A DNA stretch of 64,000 nucleotides. Origin: a virus (lineage: Duplodnaviria > Caudoviricetes). Where the stretch lies: the IMG/VR virus record IMGVR_UViG_3300031998_000006, positions 128,001 to 192,000 of that record, one strand, 5' to 3'. Positions 8,632 to 17,927 of the stretch are shown in pieces (positions within the stretch are counted from its first letter, which is position 1; the number at the start of each line of letters is the position of its first letter). A model generated the notes under the pieces. It saw only the letters and a program-made list of their open reading frames with translations, did no database searches and was not told the origin of the DNA. The translations under genes were made by a program, and so were the position numbers.

Positions 8632-9534
8632 TTACATCGCCATTGCGGAATACATAGAAAGGTCAAGATACTGGTCTGTCTTCTTGTCGAGCGGTGGGAT
8701 GATTCCTCTATTCTTCAAGCTACGATAAAGCCCGTAGGTAATGCCGTGGCGTTCCTCGAAATGGAAGTACCAAGTGCTGCTTCGGGATTCCTTCCTAGCC
8801 CTACTCTTCTTCGGCACGGGCTTGAACTTGGGGTCACAGATGGATGCCGGTAATTTGCCGGTCATATAGTTGCGGAAAATGCCCCGGAGTCCTCGCCAAG
8901 CATTGCGGACTCTATCAAGCGTCCATCCCTCGTGCATATACACCCTTCGGTACAGACGGATGGGGTTGAGATATTCCCTAGTGCGAATCTTCGCCCTAGT
9001 GAGGTTGTTGGGGGGAGTGAGGTCAAATCTCCTTCGGCAGAAATCCTGGAAGATTCGGAGGGAATCTCCACGGAGAGCCTTGATGTACGGAATCATATCT
9101 TCCGGGAACTCCATATTTTCAGTTCCGTTGGAAAGGTTCTGTTCGTAGTTTTCAAGATACCACGATTCAGTAAAGTCGGAGATGTCCGTCTTGTCATCGT
9201 CCTCATCACGGGATTTAGCCACTACATCCTTGATGGTCTGCATCTGCACAAGCGGCGTGCTACAGGACTTCAAGAGATTAGGTCCGTGTTTAGCCTTGTT
9301 CTTGATGGCTGTGATGGATTTAAGCTGATTGCGAAGCCAAGTTTCAAATGATGCACCGCTAGGGTGGTTCGGGTCATAGGAAAGACACGCTTGGCAGAAT
9401 ACTAGCTGGGCTTGGAGAAAGAGTTCATCCTGCACATAGTCCTGCACTTCCTTGGGGCATCCGTAGGCATACTTGTTGACCACACTGGTAAGCACACCAG
9501 CATACTTGTAGTAGAGTTCTTCTGTGGGTTGCAA
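8632..9534 (-). CDS. phage sigma-factor-like protein
   Basis: Region-2-like segment DELFLQAQLVFCQACLSYDPNHPSGASFETWLRNQLK; TTG start with SD; own TTGCAA-17-TATATT promoter at 9584-9612. Confidence 0.6.
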   Translation of the reverse strand: MQPTEELYYKYAGVLTSVVNKYAYGCPKEVQDYVQDELFLQAQLVFCQACLSYDPNHPSGASFETWLRNQLKSITAIKNKAKHGPNLLKSCSTPLVQMQTIKDVVAKSRDEDDDKTDISDFTESWYLENYEQNLSNGTENMEFPEDMIPYIKALRGDSLRIFQDFCRRRFDLTPPNNLTRAKIRTREYLNPIRLYRRVYMHEGWTLDRVRNAWRGLRGIFRNYMTGKLPASICDPKFKPVPKKSRARKESRSSTWYFHFEERHGITYGLYRSLKNRGIIPPLDKKTDQYLDLSMYSAMAM

Positions 9535-9660
9535 TGGAAAAAGTCCTCGGTTCTTCGGTTGCGAAATGATAGGTTGTGATGGAAATATAAGAAATTACCT
9601 ACCATTTTGCAAGCCATCCGTGAGAAAAAATTATTTACTTTGAGTGTTGACAACGGATGG

Positions 9661-11049
9661 TTATTTAGTACCGTGCTTGCGGTTCAAGGGCTTGTTGAAC
9701 GAGTTGAAGTTCAAGGTTTCCTTCAACTCCCCACGATACCTCCAACGGGGCATATTGTGAGTAATCTCCTGCTTGGAATCCCTTGCATATTTTTCCGTAA
9801 ACATATCAAACCACCATCGCCAGAAGTAAAACTTTACACCGTCAAGTTTAATCATCCAGTGACTCGTGGAAATCTTTCTTTTCACTCGGCTATGGTAGGA
9901 CAATACGGCTTCCGTTCCAAGCTCCTTATAGAACTTCGGGATGGCATCAAATTCTTGCTGTGTAAGGCATCTGGGTTTCTTCATACTATACCTCGATTCG
10001 GCTAAAAGACCCCTCTATAATCTTGTAGCCATGGTTGGACATAAAGTCGTGGATGTGTGTCCATCTTGCGTAGGACATCTTATAGGTACTCCAGAGGTCG
10101 AAATCTCCCACCCTGAATGTTTCTTCCACGATGGAAACTTCCGTCTGGTTCGGACGGATGACTTTGATGAAAATTTTGAAAGCTGGAGTGGACATAGGGA
10201 AACCTCTGTTGGTACTATTTGATTTGATTCACAAGGATGTCCAGATAATACTTGATTTCTTTTTTATCCTGCTTATAGTAAACCCGAATGTTCAAGCCGT
10301 TGGGGCCGCTCCAGTAGGTTGCCCCTATGTAGCTATACTTGCCCCCGTCAATCGTGACGCGTGCCGTTCCATAGGAGATTCCTTTGAACACACCCAAACG
10401 GGTCATAGTTTCCATAATATCGGAACGAGCGCCACCGCACTGCTTGAAAAAGTCTTCCACTTCGGCTGAAAGAACTTTTTCCATAGCTTCTTGGGTTTCA
10501 TACATCGCTTGACTCAACCCTTTCACCATCTGGGGGTGGTGGGTGTAGATTGCTACGGAATAATTAGGTGTCATATCGCTATCCTCTGCTGAAAAAGTTG
10601 AATTAGATGGACCAAGTGGGAATCTGCTTTCCGTTCTTGAATACCTCTATGTTGCGAACAATCCACATAGATTCGTAGGTCTTGAGAGTATTGCGGACGC
10701 TACCGATGTGGCTATGCTTGAACACAGAGGGTTCGGAATCGGTGACGAAATTCACACGGACTTCGTAGCATTCCTTCCTATTGCGGGGCTTATGTTCCTT
10801 GGACATATAGATGGTCAATCCGTCGATTCCGTCAGCCATCTGTTCGTCCGTGTATTCACGCCAATCATATTTGGTGCAATTAGTGTTCTCAAGGATGTAG
10901 TCGAAAGACTTCTTCGTGAGAACCTTGCGGTTGTCCACCTTGAACCCGTTGTTGCGGAGGTCACGGATGAACTGTGCCTTTGTGGGGTAATCCCTTTCGA
11001 TGTGCTGTAAAGCACCAGTATCGTCTTTTACGGAAGCCTTGAAAATCAT
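9661..11049 (-). CDS. cluster of four small hypothetical genes (9661-9984, 9986-10195, 10215-10574, 10603-11049)
   Basis: Consecutive ORFs downstream of the class I promoter at 11093-11121. Confidence 0.65.
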
Positions 11050-11092
11050 TGTGTTACCTCGGTGGTCTGGAGTGGTTGTTCCCTACACTTAA

Positions 11093-11121
11093 AATATAAC
11101 AATTTATCAATGAAGTGTCAA
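11093..11121 (-). promoter_or_regulatory. sigma70-type phage promoter (class I)
   Basis: TTGACA-17-TATATT. Confidence 0.8.
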
Positions 11122-11128
11122 TAGCTTT

Positions 11129-11166
11129 TATTAAAAATACTAGCCAAAATAAATCGGCTAGTATTT
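11129..11166 (-). terminator. intrinsic terminator after the tRNA-fMet unit
   Basis: AATACTAGCC/GGCTAGTATT inverted repeat with a T-rich tail. Confidence 0.6.
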
Positions 11167-11256
11167 CGGAGATTCCGTTCCTACTCCATACGTGGGCAAA
11201 ACACTCGATTGCCCCGTGGGAAATTCCACCGCTGGAGTCCTACAGAACAGAGTTAG

Positions 11257-11332
11257 TAGCGGGGGCGGGACTTGAACGCCGCGACATCCGGGTTATGAAC
11301 CCGACGAGATACACCAACTTCTCCACCCCGCA
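11257..11332 (-). tRNA. tRNA-fMet(CAT)
   Basis: 1:72 mismatch, three G:C pairs in the anticodon stem, CAT anticodon; promoter TTGACA-17-TATATT at 11338-11366. Confidence 0.85.
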
Positions 11333-11729
11333 CTTTAAATATAACACATTATCAGTGTATTGTCAATTAGGACTGTGTGGCGATGCAATGAGCAACCGTT
11401 TCCGGGTCTATTCCATCCTTGTAGCAGTCCTCAATCAGCGGGTCATACATTCCTTGCTCGTTCTGCTCGAAATCCACCTTCCTGTTGTACTTCTGCTCAA
11501 GGACTTCATATACCTTGTTTCTATGTTCTTCTTCTGTCACACCACCCCCTTTTCTTGCATAGTTTCAAACATCGTGATGGGGAGGGTGGCGAGTGCCGCC
11601 ACTACCCAAGACATCTCTTCCACGGTTATCTCCCCGGATTCTATCATCTTCTTTGCAGATTCCATAGGTTTACCCGTTCGTACAATCGCATTCAATTTTT
11701 TCCAAAGTTTCAAAGTGTCCATACCTTTA

Positions 11730-12582
11730 TTAGAACCGCAAGTTGCAGCAATCTTCCTTGTTCGGATTAAAGTGTTCCTTCCAGTATTCGTAGGCTTCCG
11801 TTTCGTCCTCACAGACGCTCACATACTTGAAGCCAGTGATGCCCTTGATGAGATTCTTCTTGTCTTCAAGAGTCCTGTGCAGATAACCGCTCTGCTTGAC
11901 AACATAGGGGGTGTAGTCGATGTTGAACCACTTCTTAATCCAAGTGTTCACACGGAGAAATTCAACTTGAATCTTGTCACACTTTACGGAATTGAGGATG
12001 GACAAGTCAACGAACTCCGGGATGAACGGGGATAGTCTTAAAGCAACATCGAATCCATTTTCCTGCAACTTCTCTATAGCCTTGATTCGTCTGCTAGGAA
12101 CTACCGCCTTTTCGTAGGTCAATGCTCGTTCGTCATCCGTGGTGGTAACGGTTATCTGGATATGGGCAAGTTCCTTGTCGAGAACTTCCATATACTCATC
12201 CGTTGCCACTAGGTCGGACTTGGTGACGATGAGGTATGGCACCCGCTTCTCCTTGAGATACTTCAATGTTTCGTAGGTTACGTGGTGTGTTCCTTCTATG
12301 GGCTGGAAGCAGTCTGTCATCCCCCCCAAGACGGATGGCACGGATGTTGCCACACTTGCCCGATGCTATCTTGTCAATCTGCTTGCGGATTTTAGTGATG
12401 TCAGCAAGAGAAGGGTCCGAGGGTTTCCACAGCTTTCGGAAATCCAAGAGAGACTTCGCATAGCAATAGGAACAATCGTGGGAGCATCCTTTTCCGTAAG
12501 TATCTAAACGGACGGGGTATTTGCACTTATCGCCCTCGTTACCGCCAACATTCTTGAAGAATGACTTAAATTCGTCAGCCAT
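11730..12582 (-). pseudogene. radical SAM protein (SplB-like), frameshifted in a G7 tract
   Basis: CSHDCSYC motif in the upstream frame; RLGG/MTDCFQP becomes continuous if G7 at 12321-12327 is G6. Confidence 0.8.
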
Positions 12583-12655
12583 AAAACTCCTATAGAAATA
12601 GAAAAGTAGTGGAGCGGTATGCCCCACTACTACCATATATTGTGGTTCTAGTATA

Positions 12656-13936
12656 TTATGCGGATGCCGTCTGCACCATAGAGCCATACTTGGACGGGCG
12701 CTTCGTGGCAACGGCATCTTCATGCATCTCCCATTTGGCACGGACTCGTTCCGTGAGTTCCTGTGCCATTTCCGGGTTGTCTTCACAGAGCTTGATGAGT
12801 TCGTCACGAGTGTACTCTTCGCCAAACTCTTCGTTGAGCAAAGCCTTGCGTTCAGGGGTCTGTTCAGCCCATTCAAGAATCCAATCCACAGCGAGATTGC
12901 TAGTACCATCCTTCTCCTTTCGGGCAGCCTTGCAATCAGCGGTCATACCGTTCTTTTCAAGCCATTCCTTGAGGTTGTTCAAGTTCTTGGTCTTGGCATT
13001 TGCACTCCAAGCGATTGCATTGGCGGCTTTTTTCAGCTTGCCATCATCGCCAAGCAAATCAAAGAGATAGTCAATGTTGCTTCCGATGTTGTCGATGCCG
13101 TAGTCAAAGTAGAATGTATAGACAACTTCACGATACGGACGGGGAGTCTTGGATTTCGTGGTTGTAGCCTTGACTACAGCACCTACCTTCGTTCCGTTTC
13201 GTTCAATGTAGGCGAGTCGCTTCAACTGCAAACGGGTGTGGCAATAGAACTCCATCGCCTTGCCATTGGATGTCTTGGTCTTCGGGGCATACGAACCGGC
13301 ATTCATATTTTCACGGGTCTGCGAAACGATGATGAGCGCCACCTTCTTCTTTTCGAGAGTCTTATGCTTGTTTCGGAAAAAGTCCTGTGACAAGAACTTC
13401 GCAATTTGAGCGCCATAATCCCCTTCGTCCTTGACTTCCTCGCCCTTCGCCTGCTTCTTGGCACGGGCGGCTTCCTTGGCTTTTCGTGTGGCATCCGCAA
13501 GACCATCAAGCGAGTCGATGGCGTACAAACCATACATATTTGCCGGAATCCAGTCAAGCATATTCGTGAGCTTGCCATCCATCTCTTCAACGGTAGCGGC
13601 ATCCTCAAACTTGTACGGGCCAACCTTGCGAATAGGCGGGTGGACATCAACACCATACAGACGGGTGGTGTCGAATGTATCGCCCGTTTCACAGTCATCG
13701 GATTCCCACACAAAGTCAAGACCGGCACGGACCATCGCCCAATAGGTAGATGCAATAATTTCATTCTTGGATGCAGATTTGCCTGCGGAACTATCTCCGT
13801 AAATCTGGAGGATAGCACCGAACGGAAGACCGTACACACCCTTATCGCCACCTACGAGCAAGTCCAAAAGGTCGCTACCCATGCGGACACGGGGTTCTTC
13901 TGCAACAACACTAGCATCTTCTTTCTTTTTAGCCAT
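12656..13936 (-). CDS. RecA/UvsX-like recombinase
   Basis: IYGDSSAGKS Walker A, AIDSLD, IIVSQTREN, GKAMEFYCHTRL. Confidence 0.9.
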   Translation of the reverse strand: MAKKKEDASVVAEEPRVRMGSDLLDLLVGGDKGVYGLPFGAILQIYGDSSAGKSASKNEIIASTYWAMVRAGLDFVWESDDCETGDTFDTTRLYGVDVHPPIRKVGPYKFEDAATVEEMDGKLTNMLDWIPANMYGLYAIDSLDGLADATRKAKEAARAKKQAKGEEVKDEGDYGAQIAKFLSQDFFRNKHKTLEKKKVALIIVSQTRENMNAGSYAPKTKTSNGKAMEFYCHTRLQLKRLAYIERNGTKVGAVVKATTTKSKTPRPYREVVYTFYFDYGIDNIGSNIDYLFDLLGDDGKLKKAANAIAWSANAKTKNLNNLKEWLEKNGMTADCKAARKEKDGTSNLAVDWILEWAEQTPERKALLNEEFGEEYTRDELIKLCEDNPEMAQELTERVRAKWEMHEDAVATKRPSKYGSMVQTASA

Positions 13937-13950
13937 ACTATTTTCCTTTG

Positions 13951-13985
13951 AATAAAAAGGGGCATCAGCGATGAGCCAATGCCCC
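13951..13985 (-). terminator. intrinsic terminator after the SSB gene
   Basis: GGGGCAT/ATGCCCC stem followed by TTTTTATT. Confidence 0.75.
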
Positions 13986-14006
13986 ATTGTTGTTTACGGA
14001 GATTTA

Positions 14007-15497
14007 TTAGCGACCTCTGCGGTTCTGCTTTGCCGCACAGCACTTGGCGAACACATCGTCACTGCACTTGCTACAGAGCTTACCCGATTCGCAATCCACA
14101 CCAAATTCGTAACCGAACGGGCAGGAATTGGCGGTATCGCCACGGGTCGGAGTTTCAGCCTGTTCTTCGGGCTGTTCATCGTCGAACGGCATAGCCGGTG
14201 CCTTTTCTTCCACGGGTTCACGAGAGCGACGCGGAGCAGGCTTTTCTTCGGGAGCTTCGTCCACGGCACGACGAGAAGTCCTACGAGCGGTGGTGTACGG
14301 GTCTTCGGACAAGTCCACATCAAAATCCTTCTTGGAATCTTCCGCTTCTGCGGTGCGAGTCCTGCGAGGGGTGGTGGCTTCTTCCGTTGCGGTTTCACGA
14401 TTGCGACGCGGGGCGGGTTCTTCGGCTTCCACGGCACGGCTTCTGCGAGGTGCGGTTTCTTCTGCTGGTTCTTCGGCTTCCACAGCACGGGTTCTACGCG
14501 GAGCGGGTGCTTCGGCTTCCGCTTCACGATTGCGACGAGAAGGAACTTCGTCAGCTACCGCTTCACGGCTTCTGCGAGAAGGGGCTTCGTCAGCTACTTC
14601 ACGGGAACAACGCGGAGAGGGGTTGTCATCAAAACGGGCGGGAGGGTTGTTGTCACGGAAACGAGCCGGCGTGGATTCTTCACCCTCATCGGCTTCCGGC
14701 TGATTGTTGAAATCTTCTTCCACGTCATCCGGGTCGCCATAGAGGGCAGCCTTCAACTGGTCATAGGACTTGAGAACCATCATGGAATCGAGCGACGGAC
14801 ACTTTTCAAGTGTTTCATCGGAGATTTCTTCGACTCGTTCGTTGAACTCAAAGTTACCGGCTTTCTTGAAGGTCTTGCCATCGCCCATAGAACCTTCGTT
14901 CACGGAGAAGGACACAACCTTACCTTCATCTGGGTCGGCAAAGTTGACCACACCCTTGCCACGAAGACAAGAAGTGGCACGGCTCTGCAATTCCTGCGAG
15001 AAGCACGGATGGGAAACTTCAAAAATCATCGGGTCATCGCTCTTTGCCTTGAAATTTTCGTTGAGTTCCTGCACACAATAAACGCACTTGCGACGGGCAA
15101 AGAGTTTCTTGGCATCTTTCTTCGTGGCTTCGTTCTTCCACAATTCATCGGCTCGTTCACAAATCGGACACGGCTTATTGAAATTCTTTTTGGGGCAGAT
15201 GTAATCGCCATTACCCGGTCCAATGCGAGTATGCACCATCAGGTCAAGAACATAGTCGAAATCGCCAACTTCGGCATTCTTGGCATAGACTTCGGGATGA
15301 TTCTTTGTTCCGATACGCCACGGAAGGATGTTCAAATCGTGATACTTGCCTACATCGCCAAACTTGAAGAACTTGAGTCCACAAGAGCGGTAGTCCATGA
15401 AGCCCTGGCGACCTACGCCACCATTGGAATCACGGGTGTCTGTCTGTTGCTGGGTACGGCGACCCAGAGAAATACGGCTACGGTCAAATCCTGCCAT
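14007..15497 (-). CDS. gp32-like ssDNA-binding protein with repetitive tail
   Basis: H..G....YICPKKNFNKPCPICE zinc motif; adjacent to the recombinase; long P/R/E-rich tail. Confidence 0.75.
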   Translation of the reverse strand: MAGFDRSRISLGRRTQQQTDTRDSNGGVGRQGFMDYRSCGLKFFKFGDVGKYHDLNILPWRIGTKNHPEVYAKNAEVGDFDYVLDLMVHTRIGPGNGDYICPKKNFNKPCPICERADELWKNEATKKDAKKLFARRKCVYCVQELNENFKAKSDDPMIFEVSHPCFSQELQSRATSCLRGKGVVNFADPDEGKVVSFSVNEGSMGDGKTFKKAGNFEFNERVEEISDETLEKCPSLDSMMVLKSYDQLKAALYGDPDDVEEDFNNQPEADEGEESTPARFRDNNPPARFDDNPSPRCSREVADEAPSRRSREAVADEVPSRRNREAEAEAPAPRRTRAVEAEEPAEETAPRRSRAVEAEEPAPRRNRETATEEATTPRRTRTAEAEDSKKDFDVDLSEDPYTTARRTSRRAVDEAPEEKPAPRRSREPVEEKAPAMPFDDEQPEEQAETPTRGDTANSCPFGYEFGVDCESGKLCSKCSDDVFAKCCAAKQNRRGR

Positions 15498-15625
15498 ATA
15501 TTACTCCTTGTATGTTATGCTATCTGCAATTAACGAGTTTGTTTCTGTTTTCTGTTCACTGTTCACTTGTATCTAGTAGGGGGAGAACCCTACTAGGCAC
15601 ACTTTCAATATAGCAAATAGGTAGT

Positions 15626-16111
15626 CTATCTGCGGTTCAACTGGTTGCGAATGGTTCGGGTGGAGTCTTCGTTAGACCAGTCCTCGGCAACCCCGTTGGA
15701 GCTGATTCCGTTGGACCTAGAAACCACCATTCGCACGGCAGATTCAATCATCGACCTCTTGTGGTCGAGTGCCTTGACCTTGCTATCCAGCTTCAAGAAA
15801 GCCCTGTTCTTTTCCACCACTACGGCACGCAATTCCACAAGACGGGGATGGGATGCCACCTTTGCGGTAACTTCAGGGATGGTCAACTTCTGCTTGCTTT
15901 CTTCGGCAGTCTTGCGAATTTCAAGTTCCACTTCGCCCTCTGCTTTCGTGAGTTCGTCCACGGCAGAATCTCGTTCTGCACGGGCATCCACGGCAAGTTC
16001 ACTGTAGTAACCATAGAGGGATGCTTGCATCGCAACTGCGGGTTGCAAATCCATAAAGTCAATGTCCAAATCCGGGTCAACCTTGTCGATTGAAAATTTG
16101 TAGTTGCTCAT
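15626..16111 (-). CDS. UvsY-like recombination mediator
   Basis: Helical 161-aa protein beside SSB and recombinase; mostly contextual. Confidence 0.55.
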   Translation of the reverse strand: MSNYKFSIDKVDPDLDIDFMDLQPAVAMQASLYGYYSELAVDARAERDSAVDELTKAEGEVELEIRKTAEESKQKLTIPEVTAKVASHPRLVELRAVVVEKNRAFLKLDSKVKALDHKRSMIESAVRMVVSRSNGISSNGVAEDWSNEDSTRTIRNQLNRR

Positions 16112-16147
16112 TGCATTTGTTCCTTTTAAGGGTTAATCGGGGGTTAA

Positions 16148-16222
16148 TGGACGGACTGGGACTTGAACCCAGAAACCTACTGGTTATGAGTCAGTTGCTC
16201 TAACCTATTGAGCTATCCGTCC
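16148..16222 (-). tRNA. tRNA with CAT anticodon (Ile2 or elongator Met)
   Basis: GGACGGA acceptor, TAGCTCA D-arm, CT-CAT-AA loop, GGTTCAAGTCC T-arm. Confidence 0.88.
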
Positions 16223-16242
16223 ATTCTGTATATACAGACTTG

Positions 16243-17190
16243 CTATTTCATCGACCTATAGGCGGCAAGAACAAGACCCGGAAATCCGGTGTCATAAAGA
16301 TTCACAGCGAACTCTTCCATAACCCTACAGATGCGGTCGCTGCCGTTCTTGAGCATAATGGCGGTGCAATAGCCAAGGACACCCCTACGGACCGTTTCGG
16401 CGTCAACCTTGCCCTTCATATCTCGCAATACTTCCGAAATCTTTTTCCAGTCCGGGCGGGATGCCGTGACCGCTTGGCAGAATGCCTTGGTGTCTGGGTC
16501 TTCCTCCATCCCACCTTCAAGACTCTTTAACTGGGCTTCCACATTGCCGGGGTTGCCCATAGCCTTTTCAAGTGCAACGAGAGCCATTCGGGGAGAGCCA
16601 TCAGCCACTTCTACGATTGCGGACAATACCTTGTCATCCACATCGAACTTTTCTGCATCAGCCGTGCGGAGAACCAACTTGCCCAACTGACGAGCATTCA
16701 ACGGTTCCATCTTCCATTGGGTACTTCTGGTGTTAAGAGCCTTGCCCTCATCGCCCTTCAAGAACTGGGTTAAGTTCGTGGTGCAGAAGAAGAAGAACAC
16801 GTGGTTCGGCATATCTTCCGTAGGCTTCAAGAAAGCCCTCTTTGCATCAGCGGTCATTCCGTGGGCTTCGTCGATGATGAACACGGTTGCCTTGCCCTTG
16901 AGCGGAAGACCACGCATCTTGTCGATGACATCACGGGCGGTATCAATGCCACGGTTGTCTGCGGTGTTAATTTCGTGGATGCCGAACACGGGGTCGGCGT
17001 GAAGGAGTTCCGTAGCCACGGCTCGTGCAATCGTGGTCTTGCCGGTACCGCTAGAGCCATAGATGATGTGGCAGTGCGAGATTCGCTTCGGGTCTGCTTG
17101 AGTGAAGTGTTCCTTCATCGTCTGGATAGTGTTTTCGTTACCCACCATCTCGGCGAGGGTCTTGGGGCGGTATTCTTTGTAAAGCGACAT
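16243..17190 (-). CDS. dnaX: clamp loader AAA+ ATPase (DnaX-like)
   Basis: LYKEYRPKT, GSSGTGKTT, IIDEAH, LKPTED, GSPR. Confidence 0.9.
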   Translation of the reverse strand: MSLYKEYRPKTLAEMVGNENTIQTMKEHFTQADPKRISHCHIIYGSSGTGKTTIARAVATELLHADPVFGIHEINTADNRGIDTARDVIDKMRGLPLKGKATVFIIDEAHGMTADAKRAFLKPTEDMPNHVFFFFCTTNLTQFLKGDEGKALNTRSTQWKMEPLNARQLGKLVLRTADAEKFDVDDKVLSAIVEVADGSPRMALVALEKAMGNPGNVEAQLKSLEGGMEEDPDTKAFCQAVTASRPDWKKISEVLRDMKGKVDAETVRRGVLGYCTAIMLKNGSDRICRVMEEFAVNLYDTGFPGLVLAAYRSMK

Positions 17191-17191
17191 A

Positions 17192-17888
17192 CTAGATGTT
17201 TCCTAAAGAGATGTTGTATTTAGTGGTAAGAAGGTTTTCGAGGTCGTCCTTGAGAGAAAGGACTTCGCCCATATTCGGCTCGTGACTCGTAAAGGTTCGG
17301 AGCATTGCGGAAGCATATTCCTCAAGGTTAGGCTGGGAACTTTCCTTTTCGTTCAGTGCATCCTCAAGTTCGCTTACACGATATTCAAGGTCATTATTGG
17401 AGGTTTCAAGTTCGTCGATGCGGTCTTCGTATTCCGCAACGAGCTTGTCAATGCTCTCCTTGATGTCATCGGCTTGGTCCGTGTACTTTGCCGCAAGCCG
17501 GTCAATATCGAACTTGATGTCGATTGGGTCTGTGGTTGTTACCATTTTGCGATTCCTCGGTATTAGGGTTGAAAAGCACCCACCGCACATTCGGTGCATC
17601 AGGGAAAATACACCAGTGTTGCGGTAATCGTGCGATGGGTGCAAGGACTTATTCAAACTGCGATGTGGACACACCGTAGTCATTGTGCAAGGTCAGCTCA
17701 ATGGCTGTCTTGAATGTCAGCACATCGCCCATACTGGGTTCACGACCTTGATACTTCTTGAGAAGGGCGTGGCACACGGACTCAATCGTGAGTTCTTCCT
17801 GCGGGAGTTTGTCAAGATTATCCAGGGCTTCCGTCACTACGGACTGGATGTCTTGAAGGTACTTCTTTGCAACTTGAAAATTGTCCAT
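17192..17888 (-). CDS. two small related hypothetical genes
   Basis: Both carry EP(N/S)MG(E/D)VL(S/T)xK near the C-terminus. Confidence 0.6.
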
Positions 17889-17927
17889 ACTGATAATTCC
17901 TTATATTTGATATAGGTTGTAGGTAAT

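Noticed and set aside
11115-12035. 306-aa plus-strand ORF
   Set aside because: It overlaps tRNA-fMet and the radical SAM gene on the opposite strand.
13971-15533. Long plus-strand ORFs (for example 520 aa at 13971, 396 aa at 17937, 382 aa at 20678)
   Set aside because: They are antisense shadows of well-supported minus-strand genes and have no motifs.
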